Assembly: GCF_014280195.1 (NCBI RefSeq) | Contig: NZ_CP047960.1 | Location: forward strand, 780,001-812,000 | From: Synechococcus sp. A15-24 | GTDB lineage: Bacteria > Cyanobacteriota > Cyanobacteriia > PCC-6307 > Cyanobiaceae | Length of the DNA: 32,000 bases | Direction: 5' to 3' | Shown here: positions 18,444 through 28,216 of the stretch, in pieces | How the letters are laid out: each line of letters begins with the position of its first letter | Numbering within the stretch: the first letter of the stretch is position 1 | The notes under the pieces: generated by a model | What the model was told of the DNA's origin: nothing | Databases searched by the model: none | The model's input: the letters and a program-made list of their open reading frames with translations, nothing else | Translations under genes and position numbers: made by a program

Positions 18444-18630
18444 CCACAAGGGGAAGTCGCGCCAGGGCACGCTCGGCTGCCACCAGTTCCCGTTCGGTTT
18501 TCATCCAACTCTCATTGCCGAGGGGGAGGTTCTGGACCTGGTCGGCAAGCAGCAGCATCAGCTGCTCACAGCGTTCGCGAAGCTCCTGACGCAGCACGGC
18601 ACAACCGGTAGACAGATGCAAGCCTGGCAC
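18436..18630 (-). CDS. Small hypothetical helical protein (up to 64 aa, GTG start; possibly shorter)
   Basis: The ORF reads LRQELRERCEQLMLLLADQVQNLPLGNESWMKTERELVAAERALARL, which looks protein-like. The + frame opposite is R/P/A/G junk. GC3 is only moderate, and the start is just 35 nt from the divergent AEC gene start, so this is uncertain. Confidence 0.35.
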   Translation of the reverse strand: MPGLHLSTGCAVLRQELRERCEQLMLLLADQVQNLPLGNESWMKTERELVAAERALARLPLVDG

Positions 18631-18664
18631 ATGGGTGGTCGCTGTCTAGCTTCGGGACTGGCCA

Positions 18665-19591
18665 TTGAAGCCCGTGCTGCGTTTTCTGCTGGAGTTGCTC
18701 CCCGCACTCCTGCTCGGTTTCTGGGGCGGACGTCGTTATCCAACCCTGTCCGGGCGTCTCGCGATGCCGCTGGTGCGGTTCGGCGTACCCATCAGCGTGA
18801 TGGGTCTGCTGTTGAGAGGTGGGCTGGGCGGCGAGATGGTCGTGGCCGCCCTCCTGGCCGTGCTCGCCATCACGGTTATGCTGCTGCTCACCCAACGACT
18901 GGCGGCCTCCACCGGATTGGGTCGACCCTCATTGCGGCTGGGCAGTTGCATCGGCAACACCGCCTATGTGGGGATTCCACTGGCCTTGGCGTTTTTGCCA
19001 AGTGAGGCTCTGCCGATCAGCATCGGCTACGACCTCGGCGCAACGTTGCTCACCTGGAGCCTTGGTCCGATGTTCCTTGGTGCGGCGCCCATGGGCCGGT
19101 CGCCCCTTTGGAGTCATTGGTTGCTCAATCTCAGCAGCAGTCCCGCAACCCGTGGCTTGTTGGGAGCGTTACTGGTGCAATGGACCCCTTGGCGCTCCGT
19201 CGTCGCCGAGGCGCTGTGGTGGCCCTCACGGACGGTGATCGTTCTCGCCCTGGTAGTGGTGGGCATGCGGCTGGGGAGCCTTTCCCGCGATGCCGTGTCG
19301 TTGTCGCCGATGCGCCTGGGATTGGTGCCGGCGATGGTGGTCAAGCTTTGCTTGTATCCAGGACTGCTGCTCCTGTTGGGATTTGTGTTGCGACTTAATC
19401 CTTTGATGATTCAAGCCATCACCCTGCAGGGTGCTGCCCCAACGGCAATCTCACTGTTATTAATTGCTGAGTCTGTTGGTGTTGATCAGGAGCGCGCAGC
19501 TGGACTTGTGTTCTGGAGCACTGTTCTGTCGTTGATCACGGCTTCGCTTTGGGGGACGGCACTGTCGTTGCTGATGCCAAGTGGCGGCTGA
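18665..19591 (+). CDS. AEC-family (auxin efflux carrier-like) membrane transporter
   Basis: 308-aa polytopic protein with ...LLPALLLGFWGGR...VRFGVPISVMGLLL...GNTAYVGIPLALAFLP...ITLQGAAPTAISLLLIAE. The start is TTG 18665 or GTG 18674. Confidence 0.8.
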   Translation: MKPVLRFLLELLPALLLGFWGGRRYPTLSGRLAMPLVRFGVPISVMGLLLRGGLGGEMVVAALLAVLAITVMLLLTQRLAASTGLGRPSLRLGSCIGNTAYVGIPLALAFLPSEALPISIGYDLGATLLTWSLGPMFLGAAPMGRSPLWSHWLLNLSSSPATRGLLGALLVQWTPWRSVVAEALWWPSRTVIVLALVVVGMRLGSLSRDAVSLSPMRLGLVPAMVVKLCLYPGLLLLLGFVLRLNPLMIQAITLQGAAPTAISLLLIAESVGVDQERAAGLVFWSTVLSLITASLWGTALSLLMPSGG

Positions 19592-19981
19592 ATGGACAGC
19601 TTCATGTTCATTCAGAGGGTTCCTCAGAAACACGCGTCCTGGTGGTAATACGTTTTATAAAGTTGCAGTGAACCGTCCGTGTTTGGGCCTTGTGACGGTC
19701 TGGCAACCGTCGTTACATTGACGAGGTAGCGATCGGGGGATTGAGATGCAGCAGGTGGATCTTGTCGGTTCATTGGGACTTGTGTTGTTGATTACAGCCT
19801 TGAGAGTTCTGGGATATCGCATCAACCACGTTGTTTGATTGTGAGTTTGCGCCAAGTGTCAGGTCGACTGGAATTGGTGAAATAATATGGAATTCTTATT
19901 GATTCATTGGTGAGAAATTCTTGAGGTTGAAGCGGCCTGACTGATCCTTGTTGGTGGATCGTTCTTGGATTTGGCTGATGT

Positions 19982-20584
19982 TCAGCGTGGTTGAAAACAG
20001 CGAAAGGTGAGGTTGATTCTCGGTGTCTTGATGCGCTTGCGCTGGGGCACAGCATGCAGCCAATCCCTTTGACATCCGGGATGCATCATCAGCAGATCAC
20101 CGTTTGTCAGCTCAAGGGTGTGACGGTGCTGCCGTTGATGGCGATGGCGCAACTGGAAATCCCGGCTCGATCCCAGAGACAAAGAGGCGATTGGTTGTCT
20201 CTGGTCGATCTCCGCTTCGTCATCGGCATGCCACCCCATCCGGTCTTCCCCATGGCGGTAGAGATTGAGCAGACAGCCATTGAATCGACAACCGCAGGCT
20301 GTGTTGACCTGTTCCAGCAGCGGCATGAACCAGGTGGGCCAGCCTTCTCCGCAGTGTCGGGTCCCGCTGTACCGATAGGACACGTCCTGTTCTGCCAGAA
20401 ACATCGTCAGCCGCGGCACCGGATGGTGGCGGCCATAGACCTGAACGATCGGTTGCTGCCACTCAACCCTCCCCATCAAAGTGGAGGACCAATCGCTGGC
20501 GATAAGCGGTGGCAGCCAGCCGCGATGGAGGGTCCAAGGCAATGTTGTCGATTCAGACTGGATCTGAATGACGTCGGCTCCCAT
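19982..20584 (-). CDS. alkB: Alpha-ketoglutarate/Fe(II)-dependent dioxygenase AlkB (alkylated nucleic-acid repair)
   Basis: Track ORF 19982-20695 trimmed to the ATG at 20584 (200 aa). AlkB motifs: NGCLLNLYRHGEDRMGWHADDE (HxD), LLMMHPGCQRDWLHAVP (distal His), RINLTFR. Confidence 0.9.
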   Translation of the reverse strand: MGADVIQIQSESTTLPWTLHRGWLPPLIASDWSSTLMGRVEWQQPIVQVYGRHHPVPRLTMFLAEQDVSYRYSGTRHCGEGWPTWFMPLLEQVNTACGCRFNGCLLNLYRHGEDRMGWHADDEAEIDQRQPIASLSLGSSRDFQLRHRHQRQHRHTLELTNGDLLMMHPGCQRDWLHAVPQRKRIKTPRINLTFRCFQPR

Positions 20585-20681
20585 GACATCAACGTGTTGA
20601 TCCTTGGCGCAAGCTTGATGGATGGTGACGTCCCATGAAGGGACCGCAGATGATCGGGATCCTTCCCATACATTCCTCGTT

Positions 20682-20987
20682 ATGGGAGCCCGCATTACTC
20701 AGGACGAATTTCTCAAGCGTGCTCGGCAGCGCTTCGGGGATCAGTTCGATTACAGCCAGATCCGCTGGAGAAGCTTCAAGAGCCCAGTGAAGATCCGCTG
20801 TACTCACCATCCGGTTCAGGAGATCACGATCACCCCTGAAAAACATCTGCAGACCCTGGGAGGCTGCAGGCACTGTTTGCGGGAGCGGCGTATTGCCGCC
20901 TTGGAACGAGAGCTCAATCGCCGGTCAGCACCCGAGCGGACCCTTGCGCTGGAATCTGAAGCTCAAGCGGTCAAGCTCACCCGCTGA
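20682..20987 (+). CDS. Small protein with one copy of the ~55-aa FI-KA-GD-YDYS...C..H...HL..GC..C module typical of phage/homing-endonuclease-associated proteins (DUF723-type as I recall)
   Basis: Track ORF 20622-20987 trimmed to the ATG at 20682. ITQDEFLKRARQRFGDQFDYSQIRWRSFKSPVKIRCTHHPVQEITITPEKHLQTLGGCRHC fits that module, followed by a basic helical tail. The 3' end overlaps the convergent metA by 25 nt. Confidence 0.55.
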   Translation: MGARITQDEFLKRARQRFGDQFDYSQIRWRSFKSPVKIRCTHHPVQEITITPEKHLQTLGGCRHCLRERRIAALERELNRRSAPERTLALESEAQAVKLTR

Positions 20988-21856
20988 TAGCAGAACCACA
21001 GCCACTGCTGGAACAGCAGGTTGCGATGGGACCGCCAGGAGGTCTGGGGTTGGTCAGCATCGAAGTTCTCCGGCGGCGGCACATCGCCGCGGGCCCGGTC
21101 CCGTTCCATTTCACCGAGGATCCGTCCCACGTTGTATTCCGGATGGCCGAGGTGCATTAGCTGCCGCTGATCCGGTGTTTCGAAGATCGTGTAGCCGACG
21201 TCTTCTCCATAAGCCAGCAGCCTCAGTCGGCCCTGGCGCTGGGCTGACTCCATGGCGCTGTCGGGCAACCCGGCATGGCGGCTCTGCGGACAGAGAAATC
21301 GGTCGTCCTGGGTTCCCATCAGGGGATGTCCTGGAATCAGGCTGCGCAACGGGTAGATGCCGAACAACTTCCGTTCGAACGGAATCTTGTCCACACCAGC
21401 GAGATAAGCGAGTGCAAAGCCAGCCCAGCACAGCCCCAGGGTGCTGGCGCAGTTGTGGCGGGCCTCCTCTATGAGGTCAACCAGTTCCTTCCAGTAGTTG
21501 ACCTGCTCGAAGGGCAGGTGTTCCACCGGTGCGCCAGTGATGATCAATCCGTCCAGTGGTCCCTGGTCAAGGGCTTCATCCCAACTGACATACAGATCCT
21601 TTAGGTGCTCCTGGTCCCAGCTTTTGTAGGCATGGGAGGCGAGCCGGATCCACACCGGTTCGATCTGGAGGACGGACAGACCCAGGGGGTGCAGCAGGTT
21701 GAATTCGTACTGCTTGCCCAGGGGCATGATGTTGAGAATGCCGATCCGCAGGGGCCGGATGTCCTGGAGTTCCGCCTGAGCGGGTTCGATCCAGGAGATC
21801 CGGTTGCGCTCAACGGCACCGATCTTGTGGTAGTTACGGGGGAGGATCAGTGCCAT
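20963..21856 (-). CDS. metA: Homoserine O-acyltransferase, MetA family (probably O-acetyl-transferring, given the metY partner)
   Basis: 297 aa. RPLRIGILNIMP...ITGAPVE...NYW.EL...STLGLCWAG is the MetA signature, including the catalytic Cys context. Confidence 0.9.
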   Translation of the reverse strand: MALILPRNYHKIGAVERNRISWIEPAQAELQDIRPLRIGILNIMPLGKQYEFNLLHPLGLSVLQIEPVWIRLASHAYKSWDQEHLKDLYVSWDEALDQGPLDGLIITGAPVEHLPFEQVNYWKELVDLIEEARHNCASTLGLCWAGFALAYLAGVDKIPFERKLFGIYPLRSLIPGHPLMGTQDDRFLCPQSRHAGLPDSAMESAQRQGRLRLLAYGEDVGYTIFETPDQRQLMHLGHPEYNVGRILGEMERDRARGDVPPPENFDADQPQTSWRSHRNLLFQQWLWFCYQRVSLTA

Positions 21857-21876
21857 GGGCTGGTCGGCGTCGTCAT

Positions 21877-23905
<2,029 letters not shown>

Positions 23906-23949
23906 GCCCTGCTTCGTTTGACGGATTCCTGCAGCGTAGTGGGCAGGCT

Positions 23950-24882
23950 TCAGGATGCCGGTGGGCGACTTTCAGGGTGCCTGCGCAGGTAGTCCTTCAC
24001 CGCGATCGGGCGTGGCTGGTCGTAGCCGACGGGCAACCAGAGGTCGCCCGCATCGGCATTGAAATGAATTTCCCAGTGATACAGACCGGTGTAGGCACGG
24101 GGGTCGTCCTCCATCAGCGAGGCATACAGAAGAACGGCGCGTCCGTAGTAATCACTGTTGTTGTACCCCCAGAGACCACGTCGGATGTCTTTAAGACCTC
24201 CTCGGCGAACCAGATAACGCGCGGCAGCCTGAATGGCGTCGTGGGGATTACGGATGTCGCCGGCGCCGATGCCGGGCTCCGTCCAGGTGGTGGGCAGGAA
24301 CTGCATCGGGCCCTGGGCATTGGCGACGGACACTCCATCGATGCGCCCCATGCCGGTTTCCACCAGGTTCACCGCCGCCAGCACTTCCCATTCGATGCCG
24401 GTTGCGGCCTCGGCTTTCCTGTAATAGCTGATCAGCTGCTCGGCAGGCTCCGGTGGAATGATGCGCCAGGCCGGCAGGGTGGAGGGGCCCCGACCGCGGC
24501 TCATGCGCAGGAATTCCCGGCGTGCCGCCAGGTGCCGTTCGGCCACGCTCCGCCATCGCAATGGCAGTGCGGCCACCACCGCCGCCGAGCGAACGGCGTC
24601 CTTGGAGAGCACCCGGTAGATCACCTGTTGCTGATGCCCCAGATCCGGCAGATCAGCCTTGGCCGTGGAAGGGTCCCTCAAAGCTGCTTCCACTGATGCC
24701 AGGAGTTCGGCGGCTGCCTTGGGCTCGGCGGGAACGCTTGGATAGCGCCGTTGAACGGCCGCAACGGCGGACAGCCCCGATCGGTTGTCGCTTGTGCCGC
24801 TGCCCTGATGGACCAGGGGGAGGGTGATGGGCGATGCCACAGCGACCAGTGCAGCGGTGATCAGGACGGAACGACGTCCCAT
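23950..24882 (-). CDS. Secreted lytic transglycosylase domain protein
   Basis: 310 aa with a signal peptide (MGRRSVLITAALVAVASP). The C-terminal catalytic region is VNLVETGMGRIDGVSVANAQGPMQFLPTTW...NPHDAIQAAARYL...YNNSDYYGRAVL, i.e. a Glu-containing SLT-type motif. Confidence 0.85.
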   Translation of the reverse strand: MGRRSVLITAALVAVASPITLPLVHQGSGTSDNRSGLSAVAAVQRRYPSVPAEPKAAAELLASVEAALRDPSTAKADLPDLGHQQQVIYRVLSKDAVRSAAVVAALPLRWRSVAERHLAARREFLRMSRGRGPSTLPAWRIIPPEPAEQLISYYRKAEAATGIEWEVLAAVNLVETGMGRIDGVSVANAQGPMQFLPTTWTEPGIGAGDIRNPHDAIQAAARYLVRRGGLKDIRRGLWGYNNSDYYGRAVLLYASLMEDDPRAYTGLYHWEIHFNADAGDLWLPVGYDQPRPIAVKDYLRRHPESRPPAS

Positions 24883-24921
24883 GGCGGAGCTGTGCCTCTT
24901 GGCCGAAGCTACCGGTTCTGT

Positions 24922-25503
24922 TCAGGCCTGCAGAAAGGTGCTGCGGTCGTGGAAGTCTGCCCGGCTGTCGCCGTGGCGCAGGGCCCAGTGACTGATGCCG
25001 TTGGCCCCTCGATCCAGCACGGTGGTGAGGGCCAGATCCGGGCAGCGTTCATCCGGCCACCAGCTGGACAGATCCAGTCGGGCATCAAGACGAAGCTGAT
25101 GGTGCCAGCGGCGCAGGGTGATCTCGGGTGCGCTGTTGAGGCGCTGTTGAGACTGACCCGAGCGGTAGCCCTCGAACCGGTACAGCGCCCAGTCCCCGTT
25201 GGGGGCCAGGTTGATCTCCCAGTAGCCCGGTTGATCCGGAATGGCGAGAAATGCTTCGAAGCAGGTGGTGGTCCAGAGCTCATCTCGGCGCTGCCCAGCC
25301 ACCTGAGGACCATCGATGAGACCGCTCGGCACCACAAGCTCATTGAGGCCGGAGGCCGCGGCAGCCAGCACTCCGAAGCTGAGCTCCAGCTGACCGTCTC
25401 GGTTCCAGATCAGTTCGCCACTCACCTGAAGTCCCTGGGGGACAGAACGCTCAAAAGGCACCAGACGGGAAGCCTGAAGCAGCATCACGGCGGGGCGTGC
25501 CAT
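24922..25503 (-). CDS. DOMON-like (CBM9-like beta-sandwich) domain protein
   Basis: 193 aa. ELWTTTCFEAFL, YWEINLAPNGDWALYRF and ADFHDRSTF match the stand-alone DOMON-like family as I recall it. The ATG lies 1 nt after the stop of the upstream kinase gene. Confidence 0.7.
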   Translation of the reverse strand: MARPAVMLLQASRLVPFERSVPQGLQVSGELIWNRDGQLELSFGVLAAAASGLNELVVPSGLIDGPQVAGQRRDELWTTTCFEAFLAIPDQPGYWEINLAPNGDWALYRFEGYRSGQSQQRLNSAPEITLRRWHHQLRLDARLDLSSWWPDERCPDLALTTVLDRGANGISHWALRHGDSRADFHDRSTFLQA

Positions 25504-25504
25504 C

Positions 25505-26647
25505 TCAGCGACTCGCCAGGCGACGCACCATGGTCTTGATCTGGGGCAACTGCTGTTCCACCGATTCGGTGAGGCGGAACTGCACGCCAGCCCGCTGCAG
25601 ATTGTGGCCGCGATGGTCTGTGCGGAAGTAGAGGTCCCCTTCCAGATGATCCGTCAGGAAGCGCAGGCCGAGTTCCAAGGGGATCAGGCGAATGCAGTCC
25701 GGAAGGTAGTGCAGATCCCAGTCACTGAGGAACTGGCGAGCCACAGAGAGGTAGCCATCGAGGATTGCTTCACACAGTTCAAGGTCGAAGACCACCGTGT
25801 TGAGATCGTCGGTTTCTTCACCAGCCTTATTGCAGCAGGAGCGCAGGCAATCGCCGATGTCGTAATGGACCAATCCAGGCTTCACGGTGTCGAGATCGAT
25901 CAGTCCAACGGCGTGGCCGCTGGCGTCATCGATCATCACGTTGTTGATCTTGGGGTCGCCGTGGATCGGGCGCTGTTTCAGTTCACCGCGCTGCAGGGCG
26001 GCTTCCAGAACGTCAATGCCCTGGCGTCGTGCCTCGATGAAGGCACATGCGGAATGGACCGCATCGTCCCGCATGGGGCACGATTTGCTGACGCTGTCGT
26101 AACGCTTTAGATACGCCGGGGTGACGTGAAAGTTCTCAAGTGTGTCGGCTAGATCTTCCGTGGGCAGGTCGCTGATCAGGCTGTGGAACATGCCCAGCCC
26201 GTAGCCCACTTCACGGGCATGGTCGCGGTTGAGAATCACATCCGTGGTGGTGGCGGCACTGATGTAAGTGATCGAGCGCCAGAACTCTCCGTCCTGCTCC
26301 ACCCAGTGGCCGTCTTGGCGGCAGCGCACCACCTGGGGCACTTCCCAGCGGCGGCCGCGGAGTTCCTCTGGCGGGGAGGCCAGTCGACGCTGAACGTGGT
26401 CCCCCAGGGCCACCAGGTTGCGCATCACCAGTTCGGGGCGTTCAAACACCCGGGTGTTCAGTCTCTGAAGCACGAAGGAGCCGGCAGGGCTACTGGGGCG
26501 ATGGCCCTGGTGGGTCACCAGAAAGGTGTCGTTGACGTTGCCGGAGCCAAGGGAGCTAATGGCCGTGATCCGTTCGCGGGGATGGAAGCGACCCGCAATG
26601 GCTTCAACGGCCTTGCTCAAGGTGATCTCAATGGTCTCAGCCTGCAA
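25505..26647 (-). CDS. APH-fold (aminoglycoside phosphotransferase family) kinase, anomeric sugar-1-kinase-like
   Basis: 380 aa. It has the nucleotide-loop region SSLGSGNVNDTF, the catalytic loop PIHGDPKINNVMID (an HxDxKxxN pattern I associate with NahK-type hexosamine 1-kinases) and the DLDTV metal-binding motif. Apparent TTG start. Confidence 0.75.
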   Translation of the reverse strand: MQAETIEITLSKAVEAIAGRFHPRERITAISSLGSGNVNDTFLVTHQGHRPSSPAGSFVLQRLNTRVFERPELVMRNLVALGDHVQRRLASPPEELRGRRWEVPQVVRCRQDGHWVEQDGEFWRSITYISAATTTDVILNRDHAREVGYGLGMFHSLISDLPTEDLADTLENFHVTPAYLKRYDSVSKSCPMRDDAVHSACAFIEARRQGIDVLEAALQRGELKQRPIHGDPKINNVMIDDASGHAVGLIDLDTVKPGLVHYDIGDCLRSCCNKAGEETDDLNTVVFDLELCEAILDGYLSVARQFLSDWDLHYLPDCIRLIPLELGLRFLTDHLEGDLYFRTDHRGHNLQRAGVQFRLTESVEQQLPQIKTMVRRLASR

Positions 26648-26701
26648 ATGTCGCGCTAATCCCCGATGGCGCCAGGCTCCGGTGTGCAGAAAACCAGGCG
26701 A

Positions 26702-28216
26702 CTAACCGTCCAGTTGGCTCTCGATGGCTTCCATCAACTGCAGATAGGCGGGCCCTGAACTGCTCGCGCTGTCGTCGAGGCTCATCTCGCCTCGCATGGC
26801 CCGCCGGGCGTTGTCGGCAATTACCGCGTTCACCACCAGATCCAGAGCCTCGGGTACGTCGAGGTTCTGCAGGGCATCGGCGTAGCGCCGGCTGTGACTC
26901 GGACGCACTGATTCCTGGCAGTAACTGGACAGCTCACGGCTGTCAGTCATCACCCGATAGGCCGTTTCCTTCACCGAAGGCCGCCCGTACAGGGCCATGT
27001 ACAACAGGTTCACCATCGAGGCGTCGTGGAGGGGAATGGCGTACTTGCGTGCGATCTGAGGCCAGTAGCGCAGAGCCTTCAATCCCTCCAGTCCGCCTTT
27101 GGGCAGACCGGCGTCCGCACAGCTCTGCTCCAGCTCCTCCATGGACAGGGGACAGCGCTCTTCCCGCCGCATCAGGGATGCCATCACCTGGCCTGCTTGG
27201 AAGTTGCGGGTGGGCTTGCCGGAACTGGGCTGCATCATGCTGCCTCTTACATCCGCCACCATTGCTGTGAGCTGGGTGAAGGTGTGATCCCTCACCTTTT
27301 CAAAGTCGCCATCCCGCACCAACGTGGCCTCGATCCGTGGCACCGCGTAGCCGAGTTCGGTGAGAGGGATGGGTTGGCGGTGATAAAGCTTCTGCCGGTC
27401 AGAGCGAGCCATCGACACGGTGGCGGCCTGATCAAGGCATTGATCCAGCAGCAGCGTCAGCAGTGTCGGCAGCACACCTGGGTTCTCCTGGTGATAGGCG
27501 TAGCCGAAGCCGGCGAACACCGATGACATGTTCTTGGCGGCCTTGATGTATTGACCTTCCACGTTGTGGACTCCAGCCGCTACCTGGATGTTGGGTGAGA
27601 GATGGTCCAGCAGCTGAGCCCCCAGCATCGCGATGAGGGCATTGGGGTGACAGAAGTTGGCCGTGAAGCTGTCGAAGGGATTGCGCAGGGCTCCGTGGCG
27701 GTGGAATCCAGAAAAGAACGCCAGGTTCGGCTGCTTCTCGCAGAGCACGTAAGCGGTGTTGCTGATCGGGTCATGGTTGAAGGACCCGGCCAGGCACGCC
27801 AGAACCACCTGTTCGCGCCCCAGTTCCTCCCGAAGGCGACAGGCCTCCAGCAGATCTTCTTCAACGTGGTTGCTGTTCGCGCTCAGCACGACCACCTCAC
27901 AGCGCATGATCAGGTCCTGCAGCGTGTTGGGGATCCGCTCACCGGAGACGCGGTGGGTGCCCATGTCGAGCACTCGCTCGACATGGTCGCTGTCCATGCT
28001 GTCAACGACCTCCGGGGAGAAGGCCCCCAGCAGGTCCCGTCCCGGACGCGCGGCCAGCAGCAGCCGCCCGGCCTCGTTCTGCATGGCGCAGTTGTAGGCC
28101 AACGACGCGGGATAGAGCCCAACGCTGTAGAAGCCCACCTTGCCGGCCATGACCTCACGAACTCTCAAGCGAATCGAGGCCGCATCCAGGCTGTGATCGA
28201 AAAAGGAGTTGCGCAT
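26702..28216 (-). CDS. GpsA-like (NAD-dependent glycerol-3-phosphate dehydrogenase superfamily) paralog with a degenerate dinucleotide motif and a long C-terminal extension; function unknown
   Basis: 504 aa with an ATG start. By-eye alignment to E. coli GpsA gives three matches. FYSVGLYPASLA aligns with VIGAGSYGTALA. EVVVLSANSNHVEEDL aligns with ILVVVPSHVFGEVL. VHNVEGQYIKAAKNMSSVFAGFG aligns with [21 protein letters not shown], with the Lys-Asn retained. About 240 further residues have no counterpart. Confidence 0.6.
   Translation of the reverse strand: MRNSFFDHSLDAASIRLRVREVMAGKVGFYSVGLYPASLAYNCAMQNEAGRLLLAARPGRDLLGAFSPEVVDSMDSDHVERVLDMGTHRVSGERIPNTLQDLIMRCEVVVLSANSNHVEEDLLEACRLREELGREQVVLACLAGSFNHDPISNTAYVLCEKQPNLAFFSGFHRHGALRNPFDSFTANFCHPNALIAMLGAQLLDHLSPNIQVAAGVHNVEGQYIKAAKNMSSVFAGFGYAYHQENPGVLPTLLTLLLDQCLDQAATVSMARSDRQKLYHRQPIPLTELGYAVPRIEATLVRDGDFEKVRDHTFTQLTAMVADVRGSMMQPSSGKPTRNFQAGQVMASLMRREERCPLSMEELEQSCADAGLPKGGLEGLKALRYWPQIARKYAIPLHDASMVNLLYMALYGRPSVKETAYRVMTDSRELSSYCQESVRPSHSRRYADALQNLDVPEALDLVVNAVIADNARRAMRGEMSLDDSASSSGPAYLQLMEAIESQLDG

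Noticed and set aside
19655-19855. 66-aa minus-strand ORF in the AT-rich spacer with several Cys and many Ser/Thr, considered as a possible RiPP/lanthipeptide precursor
   Set aside because: It has a TTG start, no Nif11- or NHLP-type leader, no GG/GA cleavage motif and no modification enzyme nearby. Its S/T/N/P richness is what an A/C-rich strand yields in any frame.
19991-20638. 215-aa + strand ORF opposite alkB
   Set aside because: The minus frame contains the full AlkB HxD...H...RxNLTFR motif set. The + frame has none.
23977-25539. Long + strand ORFs (239 aa at 23977-24696; 262 aa at 24751-25539) opposite the lytic transglycosylase and DOMON-like genes
   Set aside because: G/R/A/P-rich sequences without motifs. 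The minus frames carry recognisable SLT and DOMON-like motifs, and a signal peptide in the transglycosylase.
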